From: Azolla caroliniana
Lineage: Eukaryota > Plantae > Polypodiophyta
Assembly: GCA_043228905.1 (NCBI GenBank)
Contig: JBHGNT010000003.1
Location: forward strand, 25,296,001-25,360,000
DNA: 64,000 nt
Reading direction: 5' to 3'
Shown here: positions 52,209 to 64,000 of the stretch, piece after piece
Position numbering within the stretch: the first letter of the stretch is position 1
Layout: every line of letters begins with the position of its first letter
Translations under genes and position numbers: made by a program
The notes under the pieces: model-generated
Told to the model about the DNA's origin: nothing
Databases searched by the model: none
The model's input: the letters and a program-made list of their open reading frames with translations, nothing else

Positions 52209-52859
52209 TTGATTTCTCTGAGTTTATCAGTAATTGATAGCTCGAGTTTATAAACAGAGTTTGGAGTCTCAACATTACTGGCATGTGCAAGATAAGTCGA
52301 AGGTGGGTAGTGCTCATCAATGCACATAAGAATTTTTGGACATAGTATTATGTTCCCTTTTTGTGATCTCTGATATTGAGAACAAGTCTTCATGGACGCA
52401 AAATAGAGAATAGTTGTTTTTTCAAAGATACGCAGAAGCTCAACTCTGGAGAGACATTTTCCTCTTGTTTATTTGAAAGAGGTATATTAACACTTGTACC
52501 CAAGTTACTTTGTCAACCTCTTACAGAAATTAAGAGTGGCAAAGCATTTCAGCATGTGTATATAGCAGAGATAAAGAGAGAGTTGATTGTGATTTGTAAT
52601 CATGATTGTCTCATAGGCCGGCTTTGAGCTCTGAATGTGCATTTCTATATATGCGTGTTGGTCAAGTTTAAGCTTACTAATTAACAATTAAGCTTCTAAT
52701 CCTTTTCCATCAACGCATGCTCGCTTTCTAATTGGAAGAATAAAATGACCATATGGTTTCTCCAACTAGGACAAACGCACAGTCTGTTTATTGTAAATTG
52801 GATTTGTCTGAGTAGCAATTCGTCATTTCTCACAATGAAGAGTAGCATCAATGGAAATT

Positions 52860-52967
52860 CCAGCATCATGTCATTGGTGTTCCTGTTGCACACATGATTT
52901 GTATGACAATAGTAGCAGTTTGATGCCAGCATCATGTCATTGGTGTTCCTGTTGCACGCATGATTTG
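52860..52967. repeat. ~41-bp direct repeat, two copies
   Basis: ccagcatcatgtcattggtgttcctgttgcac(a/g)catgatttg twice. Confidence 0.8.
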
Positions 52968-55469
52968 AAAATTGGATGTCAATAGTGTTTGCTTTTAGCG
53001 TGCAACTGTTGATGGTCACTTGGCATGAACATTGAGAAGAATATGAATGTTGTGTGCTTGTTGGAAATGATATGATGGCTTGTGAATGAGGATGGCATGG
53101 TAAAGGTTCAACTTTTTAGGATCAATGATCATTAGTGTGTCTCCACATGGAGGCCACACCAGTTAATGCAATATCACTTCATAAAATGTATATGCATGTG
53201 TCACATGCACCACAACCAAATGAGTGGTGCATATGTGTTTTGTGTGCGCCATGCAAATTGTAACGGTGTTCTAAACTTTAAGCAATCTATAGACACTAAA
53301 GTTTAGGTGTTTTTCCTTTTTATGATTGTGTGATTTTAACGTTTATGCCCAAGCCTAAAAAGCAATGTGTGTATTGTGAAACTCATTGATGGGTTGAAAG
53401 GTAATGTTGCTGGCTAAGTCTGATTCCACCAAGCACTAAATTACCTTGCAATGAGTCTCATGTGATTTAATTTACTAGAGAAAAAAAATGCTAAAACCTA
53501 GTAAGTTGCAAATTCGAGTGATTCCAACTCCTTTATTGCTAACACATCTTAGGAGATGACAAGGACATACTAGAAAACATAAACTTAAAAGAATTTGAAA
53601 AAAAAGTGGAGGGTTTGATTTTGTAATGTTTAAGAAACAAAATCCCAGTTGAATTGAGGTGACCTATGAACGGCTATTAAACACTTACTATTTAAAATAT
53701 TTTATTATTTTAAAAACTGTCCATTAAAGAACTATTTTTGGGGGTTTGATGAAAACCAAAAATTAAAGAACAATACTAGGTCATCCCCTCTCTCATTAGC
53801 AGGAAAAAGGTGTGTCAAAATGCAAGTGTCTTGTGAAATGCGTGTTAAGATGTATTATGGCCTTCAATGACAATCCTTCATTTGCTGCCCATTGATCCTG
53901 GATGAATAATGTGGCCCCTTTTTCATGTTGTTGTCGAATCTCTTTTCCTATGGCATCACATGTTTGAGTGATCAATAAGGGCCACTCTTCTAGATATTAG
54001 TCACGAACCTAAAGGTCAAAATCTCGCCCACAAGCATGGATGACAATTAACCAATTAATGAATCTTAATTGCGATATGGATCCTCGTTGAGTGGTGTTGG
54101 CCTTGAGCATTCTAGAATGCTGAAGCGTTCTTGGATGAACAAAAATTTATAAAGTGGCATAAAACATGTGATGGAAACTTCACGGCCTTTTTGAAGTCCC
54201 ATAGAAAATCTTGAAAGCGATGGCAAGGGCAAGATAAATTAGAGGTTTGATTACAAAGGATATAGAGTCAAGTCAAATTGAGCACATGAGGACAAATACC
54301 AAGGCGACATGGTGTGAACAAGGAATATGACGATCACACTATGTAGTTGTAGCTATACACGAGCATTCATGATGGAGAGCGCTCATAATGTTCCGCATAT
54401 GTGCATGTATGTGCATATGACCCTGACCCATGGATGAAGGAATGGTGGGATATAATAACTAGAGTTTTACCACTTATGAATGAGGAGTGAAAAGGACTCA
54501 TCCTTTCTAGCTTTTGGACTCTTTATCTTGCAACTTGCAGAGAGAGAGAGAGAGAGAGAGAGCATACCCTAGCCCAACCCACTTGACTTGTTTGCTTTTT
54601 TCTTTGATTTAACAAATATCTTTTTCTTTTGTTGTGTTGTGTTTATTGAGTGCATGATAAGGGAAGGGGGGGCAAAATATTGGTTTTTTATGTCATTACA
54701 ATGTCTTGTGCTTGTTTGAAAGGGCATATATGTAATTAATATATACATAAAGGTCACATAAGCAATTCTATATGTGTACACTTACATATTCTTATTATTA
54801 TTACCCATATTCCCTTCTTCTTCCTCTTCTTCCACAAATTCAATCCATATTCCTGCATTGGCCTTCTCAATCCCAAAACCCTAAATCCCTAAGCCCAGCA
54901 TTCTGACTTGCTAAGTCCCAAACTCCCCGAAATTATCTAATTCTTAAGAATACAGCCCGAAATCTCAACCCCAAACCCCCCTAATTCTGAATCGGAACCC
55001 TAAATCTAAACATTAGACTCATTAGTTTCACTCCGCTCCCCCAGAACCCTAAGTCGTAGGGTAATCAGCCCTAAAATCCAGCAGATTCTGAAAATACCAA
55101 GTTTCAAGCCTTCCAAACCATAAGAAACCCTTCCCTGAACAAAACCTAAACTTCTTAAAACTCCCAAGAAGTTGAAATATTAATTAAATAAACGTAGCAA
55201 AACCCTGGAGAAATTACCCCTCTCTGAAGCAATAACCCGAATTTTCTCAAACATTCCAAGAAAGTTGGAGCCCTAAAAAAACCAAGACCTCTGTCTTGAA
55301 GAAAGCCCTAATTTTTTGAGCCAAAATATATTGGGTCAGCATACATCAAGTTATCCCCTAGAAGCCCTAACTCTTGAGCTAAAGAAAGAACCCTAATCAC
55401 ATTATTATTAAGCCATAGCCCAAGAGAACAGACCCTAATTCCAGCTTCCATCAATAGGCCAAACAATCA

Positions 55470-56252
55470 ATGGCCATCCATAAGCTATGGAGATTACCAA
55501 GGGGAGGAGGAGGAGATGATGTTGATGGTGATGGTGATAGTGATAGTGATAGTGATAGTGATGAAGAAATGGAGAAGGAGATGGAGATGGAGATGAAGAT
55601 GAAGATAAAGATGATGATGATGATGGCAAGAACCCATCTCCTCCAGCAGCAGCAACTGAGTCCCCAAGAGTTTGAATTCTTGGAGGAAGCCATATCCAGG
55701 CACCACCACCACACAATCTCGCCACACCAGTGCTTCTCGTTCGCGAGGCAGCGGATACGGGCGCCCGTGGACCTCGTGTGGTCGGTCGTGCGCCGCTTCG
55801 ACAACCCGCAGGCCTACAAGCGGTTCGTGAAGAATTGCTCGATGCAAGGCGATGGCCGCGTGGGCAGCACAAGGGAGGTGGAGCTAGTCTCGGGCCTCCC
55901 GGCCGTGTCAAGCAAGGAGCGGCTCGAGATCTTGGATGAGGAGAGGCGCGTGCTCAGCTTCCGGATCGTGGGGGGCGAGCATCGGCTCCGCAACTACCGG
56001 TCCTTCACGAGCCTCCACGAGGAATGCCAATCGGCTGCCGCCCCCACCCATGATGGTAAGCCGCCTGGCGGCACCACCATTGTCATCGAATCGTATGTTG
56101 TCGACGTGCCCCCCGAGAATTCGGTCGACGACACCCGCTTCTTCATCGACACGATCGTCAAGTATAACCTTGCGACACTCGCGAGGATCTCGGAGGCGCA
56201 AGCCAGGAGGAGAGGCATACTCGGCGGCGAGAATGGAGGGGACAAAGAGTGA
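55470..56252 (+). CDS. PYL: PYR/PYL/RCAR abscisic acid receptor (START/Bet v1 fold), intronless; start codon uncertain
   Basis: WSVVRRFDNPQAYKRFV, gate SGLPA, latch HRL, NYRS, IESYVVDVP, DDTRFFIDTIVKYNL. Confidence 0.95.
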   Translation: MAIHKLWRLPRGGGGDDVDGDGDSDSDSDSDEEMEKEMEMEMKMKIKMMMMMARTHLLQQQQLSPQEFEFLEEAISRHHHHTISPHQCFSFARQRIRAPVDLVWSVVRRFDNPQAYKRFVKNCSMQGDGRVGSTREVELVSGLPAVSSKERLEILDEERRVLSFRIVGGEHRLRNYRSFTSLHEECQSAAAPTHDGKPPGGTTIVIESYVVDVPPENSVDDTRFFIDTIVKYNLATLARISEAQARRRGILGGENGGDKE

Positions 56253-57018
56253 ATGGTTAGGGAGAAGTGTTGTTGTCACTTGAACACCTAATGTTTGTGA
56301 TAGATAGATAATAGTTGGGGAGGTAGGAGGGGATGGTCATAGTTTGGAGCAAACACACTTTGTTTGTGTATATGGATGTGGCCATAGTTTTGGAGTAAAC
56401 ACACTTTTGTTTGTTTGTGTATCTTGGGGACACATTTTCGATGGATATACTGCAAGTGTTGATTGACGTCCCGGCCTCGCCTACGATCACCTCACCAAGG
56501 ATATGCACTATAGGGGAGAGACTAGAAAAGGTTAGGGTTCCTTGGGAGGAGCGAGGTTTTATTGTATGTATATGTATGGTAATGGTGGTGTTGACCAAAA
56601 AGGTTAATTAAGTTCATCACTTGGATATCCTTTCTCCATAATTCCTCAAATCAAGACTCTTCTTACATAATAATGTTTTATGTTTTAATATCCAAACTCA
56701 TTTCCTTCAACAAAAGAAACACAAGACTTCAATTTCCATCACAAGTGTAATGTTTTATGTGTGTATGTGTCATGGTTAATGCACACTATCAATATTTCTG
56801 CTCTTACAACAAATGTATATAGTGGTGCATTTACCCATTCTCCTCGCAATGTGTTTATGTGGTTTTTTTTCGCCTTACTTGGAGGGATCCCACAATCATA
56901 TAATGTGATATACATTGATATATGGCCTCTTAGGTTCTTCAGCGAATGTTTTTTTTATCTAAAACTTCTTTGTTCCCTTAATGGTAAGTACCTATGTTAG
57001 TTGCATTGATTAACTAAC

Positions 57019-57219
57019 AATTACGATTGTCACTTGCCATGGGCTATCGAAGTGTAGATAACAACACCACAATAATATTGTAACTGATGTTATACCACCC
57101 ATGAATCTCATACATAATGAGTTGTACAGGAATTACGATTGTCACTTGCCATGGGCTATCGAAGTGTAGATAACAACACCACAATAATATTGTAACTGAT
57201 GTTATACCACCCATGAATC
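57019..57219. repeat. ~88-bp near-perfect direct duplication (113-bp period)
   Basis: aattacgattgtcacttgcc...ccacccatgaatc twice. Confidence 0.85.
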
Positions 57220-60200
57220 AGAAAGGCATGAATGCCAAAATTTCATAATGAATTATATGGGATCAGAAATGCACAAATACTAAAATTTTGCGCGTTTTCG
57301 TATTTTACGATACTATTAATATTGATGGATTTGTAGTATCCCAACCTTACAAACAGCTAGATTTAAAAGCATGTGCAGTATTTGGAGTTGACTTAAGAAA
57401 TTTACGAGTAATGTTATTGCATTCCATTCTCGAGGCAACTAGATCTAACGATAACGATATGATTTCGTTGCATGAACGATTTTTTTAATTTTTTTTCTTC
57501 AAAGATTTTCCTCATTAGTATTAAGAAAAACATGTGAATGCTACAACTTAAGCTTATGTGCCCAAAAGCTTACAATTCTCATGTACAATGATATACGATA
57601 ATCCTAAGACCAAAAGACCAAAGCTAGAACTTTGTAAAAGGTTTTTATTTTATTTTTGCATTTTGCCATGCTTCATTGTTAATGAAGGAAGTTGATAGTT
57701 GCATTGAGGCCCTTGAGTTGACTCAGAGAATAGGGGTAACTTTTTCCATAAGTGAAAGGAGCTTCGTCTTTCTCTTGTTCACCATCTCTGGTGAACCCTA
57801 CATGTTGTCATACTGGCCGCAAACTACTGCCACCAAGTTCTCCCATATCTCACGCAAGACATTTGAGAGACACTGCTACATGAATGAAATTGAGCAAAAG
57901 GCAACCCTATTAGTTGCTCCTTAAATTTGATGTTAATCGAACCTCTTGATGGGAATTTGTCTTTGTATCCATGACACACAATAACAATTAAATCAACTAC
58001 CCAACATTCAATGCTCGTATCCATAAATATTGAGATAGAGAGGCCACAATGCAAAGCAATGTGTGCAATCATCCCCTTAACAAATGGTCGTACTTTTTGC
58101 TCTTTATTTCATAACCATTGGGTTATCGAAAAAATGACAATTTCAATTTTTGTAAAGCCAAAGATATCATCATGTACTATCTAAGACTACAAAGAACACA
58201 ACATCAAACCCATTCCTCAATGCCAAACTCCAACATCAAAATTACATATTTGAATTGATCATTTTGATAAAGTGTCTATATGATGAATAATTGTTCGTTC
58301 ACACATAGACATACTTTAAGTCTTTTATATCATATACAAAGCCAAGAGTGTGCTCTCATTGCTCTCATACACAATGATTTTGGCGTAGGCAACAAAAGGG
58401 GGGCATAAAGATGTAAGTTTTAGGGGGTATGCATATGAATGAGGTCACAATCACATGCATCATAAGGTAAACTATAATGAGATTGAGAGGAATATAATTG
58501 ATTCGATATGAATCTACTCAAGCATTATTGGCCAACTGGCAACTACACTGTATAATTTGAAACAAAGTTAATATACACTTTATTAATTAAACTTCATTTT
58601 GGAAAGTTAAATAGAAATGTTAAGATTCTATGTTCTTGGAAAGAGACAAAACAATGTTGTCGCGGTTTGTTTTTCTAAACAAAGGTGATATCGATATTTC
58701 AAAATTGCAAAGAGGTATAGTTCATTTGACCCCCATTATATGAGGGGTATTTAATTGCACAAACTCTAGTCCTAATGATATATTTGAACTCTTTCAATAC
58801 ATAATTAGGTTTTATAGATCATGAGGAAGTAAGTTTTGAATGATAATGTTGTAAGCTCCTCACATTCGTATGTCAACTAGATCTAACGGTAAATGGACAA
58901 GATTGAACAATCCTTCAACTCATCACAAAAATAGTGCTCATTGAGTTTTTTGTAAAGCTAGTATTCTTTAAGGCTATCTAGATTGGGAATCCGTGCATAC
59001 TTTTATTGCCCAGAATTACTCATAAAATTAATAGACAACCATAAGCAATGTACTCTTCAACAAATGGAGAGATATAGACAATCACACAACCTTACACACT
59101 TAATGGGTGTAAGCTTCTTCATGCATATTGTGTGAGCCACACACGCAATCGGTGTATTGTTTTTATTTAATTCCAATTATAGTAAACCTACGTGTTTGCT
59201 TCCCAATAAACAAAAGCTCTTTAGTACCTTTCTCCATGCACATCCTCAAATATAACTTTAAATTCCTCAAACTCTATTCCAAGTGATGGAGTGGTCTCAT
59301 TGGAAACGCCCTTGATGAGTTACATTGATGACTTTGAATTAAGATTTGGATGATATCCTTTTGAGGTCACCACATTATTTTGTCAACAAGATCCAAGGAT
59401 AACAATATGATCTAGCTGCAAGGAAAATATTGCAAGGACAAGAAGGACAATACTTTGGCTATCACTAAGACCACTATGCTTTAAACCCATGTTCATTGGA
59501 ATCCGTGTAGCTATTCTTGTTGTGAGCCACCATGCTGAATAAATTTACTTATGACTTTTAACTAGTGAAGAAAGTGAAGAAATGTTTCCACTCAAGGAAC
59601 AAATAAAGAGACAAAGTAAAGGGTGAGCAAAAATGCAAGATACGCAATTGTGATAGTGTGTGTGCTCACATAACCTACTCTTTATTTTTAATTCCAAAAG
59701 TAGTAAATGTAAGGACTTGGCCTTAGATCAACGCCAACTCTTTCCTTGGCCATAACTTTAACCCTACAAATTCCACCCCTAGTGATAAATTGGTCTCTTC
59801 ATACACCGAACAAGACATGCCAATGATGGTTAAGCAAGGTTATCATATTCATAAGTCAGCAAGATCCAATAATATAGATGACATCTAGGTACATAAATGT
59901 GGTTGCAAAGACACCAAGGACAATCCTTAGGTTATTGCTAAAAATGGTGCCCAGTGCCCACTTGCTCATCTCCCTCTTTTTATTAGAGTTGTACCCTCTA
60001 AGGTTATCTTGATGGGAATTTGTGCAACTATTATCACCTGTATCTATGCACATCATAGCTTAACTACAAAAAAATAATTGTACTCTTGATAAGAAGAGAG
60101 AGTAAAGAGGACGAAAATCACGACAGTACGTCATATTTGCTTGTAACCTTTTGTGTGTGCAACAATTGCAACACCTACATATAGGTGCCCACATTCTTTA

Positions 60201-60954
60201 CTAGCATTTCCTTTCAAGGCGAGAGTGGTTGGGTTGTGGAAAGTGATTTGTGAAGCACCACTTTTTTATTAGAAACAACTAGAAATATTGGTAATCTCAA
60301 ATCAGAAATATGTGCTCCTGTTTGTATGCATATCTCAAATTGAAATCATGTGTTCACGTTATTGTACATGATCACAAACTAAAATTGTATGCACTTTTTT
60401 TAGTGCATATCTAAAACTAAACTCATGTGCTCATCTTAGTGTGCACGATTGCAATTTGCAAACTAAAATCATATGCACTTGATTTCTATGTGTTTTCTCA
60501 AAAAGTCTTGTGTTCATGTTTGTATACACAATTTCAAAATAAAAATCATGATCTCAAATCAAAGATACAAAGCATTCCTATTGAAAGAATTAACATATAA
60601 ACCCAATTGGACTTTAACCCCAAACTCTACGATTATAAACCATTATCGTTATGTGCGTGAAAAGTTGTTAGTTGGCATGGACTTGTTTAATTTTCAAAAG
60701 TTGAGGCTCTTTAATCGGGTGAAATGACCATTAAGCACAACATTATACGTAACCTTATATATATATATATATATGGAAAGTTCTTTGAGAAGTTATGCAA
60801 GGTCATACAATACTGTGAATCGGGCACCCACATCATACAGATTAGGTATAGAAGTAATTTTAGTCCATTCTAAGAGAAGGACACTCCATTCATTTGCATC
60901 CATTGGTTCATGGGGAATAACATCCAACAACTAAGAAGCATGTTTTAGCAATTA

Positions 60955-61740
60955 CTTTCTTTTCTTCTTCTTCTTCTTTTTCCAAAAAAAACTCCTTCCA
61001 TTAGTTATAAAATTTTACATATGAGATTAATATATACAAATCCTTGTAGGGACGCGATTGGTCCATCTTATGTGGATGCCCACTGACTCAATAAAGGGGG
61101 AGGTTGACCATTGCTGGATGAAGGCTAGTCGTTGTCTTTCAACTCCATCGGAGTCGCCCTCGAGGCCATCATATTGGCTTTTAAGAGTGGCCACAACTTC
61201 ATTCCATATCTCTTGCATTAACACTATTGGCTGCACGGTTTGGTTGAAGAAGACCCGTCTACACCGTTGTTTCCATAGAGTCCAAAGAGTTATTGGGCTG
61301 ACCAATTCCAACACAACTTGAATTTTGGCATTGATAGGAGTTGCGTGGACATTGTCGATGGTGGAGAAAAAAATCTCTTGTGTTTTTATCACCAAAGCCA
61401 TCCCCTCCTCCTGATGCTCGTATGTGTCAATCGGGCCCTGCCATGATAGCCAACATATATTTCCCCACTTGATTAAGCCTTGCACTTGGCATAATTGCAA
61501 TAAGCGGCCAACCACTTGCCATATTCGATGGGACTCTGGGCAGTCCCACAAAGCGTGTCGGATTGATTCTATTGCATTTGGGCACGCTACACGATTAGGA
61601 GAGCTAAGGTTCCCACGCTGCCATGCACCAACCGGTAGTGACCTATGTATTAATAGCCATTAGAAAGTGGTGATTCGCCATGCGTGTTGTTGTTTCCATA
61701 TTTTTTTCCAAAACTTGGTGATAATTGTGTGAGGAACATG
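60955..61740 (-). mobile_element. 5'-truncated LINE fragment (ORF2 zf-RVT C-terminus and A-rich tail), same clade as 7441-13713
   Basis: C..CPNAIESIRHALWDCPE..ITLWTLWKQRCRRVF..LKSQYDGLEGDSDGVERQR parallels ..TIRGQYDDLQGTTDAQRQR. Confidence 0.8.
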
Positions 61741-62579
61741 AGAATTATTACTTTCTCGTTGATGAGAAAGTGAGCATGTTGTAATTGTTATAGTTAGAAA
61801 CTAAATGTGTTAATCATACTATTAATTAGATAGTCAGCATGTCCTAATCTAGATAACTAAAACTTTATTGTTGATTCATGGCGAAAAGTTTCAAAGTATG
61901 ACATCAATCAATGCTTTCACATGTAATATCTTGTTCCAAAAGTAAAAGTTAAGGTCTTTGGCTATGAACAAAAGTAAGCCCTTTTTCATGGTCTACATTT
62001 GTGACCATAATTTGAAGTGCGCACTACTTCATCATGTCAACAAGTAATAAGTAAAGACTCTAAGAGTTACGACCTTATTCGTTAAAGGATCTTTGACGAG
62101 TAATAATAAGTTTTCTCATTATCATCCAACTCAGGTAAATCACTATGCTCTTTAATAAACATTAGTAGCCATGTGGGCCACACATTCACACGTATAAACC
62201 CAACTATTGATAAAAAGAACCACATAAAATAGCTTATGATCAGTCGCATTATCTTTTAGTTATCTTATATTTGGATCGAATCCCCCCTACTCGCCAATAA
62301 AAGGTTGGGCTCCACACAAGGATTGAGAGAGCCACTTTCGAGGAACTCGCCTTGCTCTAGTTGGTTGGTATAGTGTTTATATTTAGTACATGAATTGTAA
62401 TCGGCTCATGATCTTGACATTTAAACTCTTCAAAAATAATGTCAAACATCGCTCATTCAAGCATAGTTGGCATGCTTATATACCAAGAGTTGCAGGGGCG
62501 TGCTTAGTAAAAAAAAACATGCTATTTCATTACCAATCTAGAGATAGTAAACGGAGCATAAAAAAGAACCATATAATCC

Positions 62580-62692
62580 ACCTTGGTTAAGCCAGCAGAA
62601 AGTAGAACCTGGATACCAAGCAGGATGACGCTCTACACCTACCCATAACCCTACCGACTTATTCCAATTAAGAGAGGCACTTGTAGCTTCAT
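62580..62692 (-). mobile_element. Small LINE RT-region fragment
   Basis: EATSASLNWNKSVGLWVG..PAWYPGSTFCW resembles LASGAKINWHKSLGFWV..PNWMPSQEFKW. Confidence 0.6.
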
Positions 62693-64000
62693 ACATGTAC
62701 AAGTTTAGGTGTACATACATTACGTTGTAAGCCTATGGGCAGATAACTTTTACTTGTACTTTCTCGATGTTTTAATACTATTGAAGAAAATCTTTCAAGG
62801 AAAAAAAAAGAACCATATAATCCAAGGTTTATCCTTATCTACAAATGATTTTGATATGCAAGACCTAAAACTTTGATTTGTGGCAAATATAAATGGCTAA
62901 AAATAACTTAACAAAACTTGTCCATCGGGTTATCAATTTAATGTAAAGCGTCCAATTAAAACTAAGAGTGCATTTGTAGCCATGTCTCATTTGTTTACAT
63001 TATATTATAACTCTTCTATTTGATGGTTTACTTGAAGTAAACCATGTGAATTTAACAACATGCTAGGTGAGTAATGTTTTGTCTATGATGAATACTATGA
63101 CGATATTTGCTTATAGTTTTACTCTACCCTTGGGATTGTTACCATTTATAATAAATTAATGGAACTAGATTCGGCTTTGGCCATAGTTTCAATCCTTCTT
63201 ATATATTTTCTAAGGACAATTGTGCATACTTGAAGCTCTCATGGGTGTTCAATAATCATTTGGTCCCTGATTGCCATTTATTTGCCCAATTGGATCTCTT
63301 CGCTTTCTTGGGGTGCTAAGTCACAATGAGATTTTCTCGTTTGAATAAAGATTCTCTTCAAATTTGAGAAATGATATTTGACAAAACATTGCTCTACACC
63401 CACATGCCCAATTTTGCTCATTTAAGCAAGTGTTGTTTTAATGGGACGATTGATTGTACATTTGGGCTTTGTTTATGCTTTGTTTATGGCATGTGATATA
63501 GGATCAAGTCCCGCTTTTTAGGTAAGGAGGATTGTAAATTCATTGTTCCCTATCAAGATGGTCATTTACATCATTCATAATAATTGTGTGGTGTGCTTGA
63601 AAGGCCAACTATATCTAACACATGTCCATTATTTTATTGTTGTAAATAAATCTTCCATTATAATATTTCACTCCAATATTCTATCAAGGCAAACTTGGGG
63701 ACTAACTTTAATCAACCTCAAACTACATCTATTTTCCCAAGTTTAAACCCCAATTATTTGGGTGCTTAAAGATGTTAGAAGAAATGTTCCATATTTTGGA
63801 TTGTTGACATCGTTAATTGCTCATCCCATGGTTGCCATTGTACCATTCACATGGGGAGCTCATGAGTTATGTAAATTTTGTGAGCAGTTCAAAATTCTGC
63901 ACACAAACATATTCCCGAGGTAAATATCTATGTACCTTTTTATTTTTTTCTGTATATAGTTCGGAACCTAGGAACAAAGTTTCTCATATGCCAATCCATG

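Noticed and set aside
57600-60300. Short ORFs and repeated TGTGAGCCAC motif
   Set aside because: Too degenerate to assign

Overview
Land-plant nuclear DNA; the retroelement types suggest a seed-free plant (inference). Three host genes are present: the 5' part of a LEUNIG-family corepressor (-, <1..4486), an 11-exon THOC3/TEX1 (+, 44321..52208) and an intronless PYR/PYL ABA receptor (+, 55470..56252). A full-length but disabled LINE with a 14-bp TSD lies at 7441..13713. A 25.6-kb retrotransposon nest (14147..39774) has five members: an old Gypsy (A), a Copia (B), a tandem non-coding LTR element (C), an Athila-like Gypsy with an extra ORF (D) and a solo LTR (E). Two observations stand out. (1) C and D have unrelated LTRs and no polypurine tract next to the 3' LTR. 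Both carry there a 39-nt motif (35/39 identical, with a covarying hairpin) that mimics the 3' half of tRNA-Arg. This is a second, antisense primer-binding site and suggests dual-tRNA priming of both cDNA strands. (2) The 5.5 kb between C and D is precisely inverted and the two elements have swapped target-site duplications (ATTGT and GTCGC). This fits cross-paired integration of two different cDNAs, or an exchange at the shared TGTTACC U3 tips. All identities and tRNA matches were read by eye or recalled; no alignments or searches were run.
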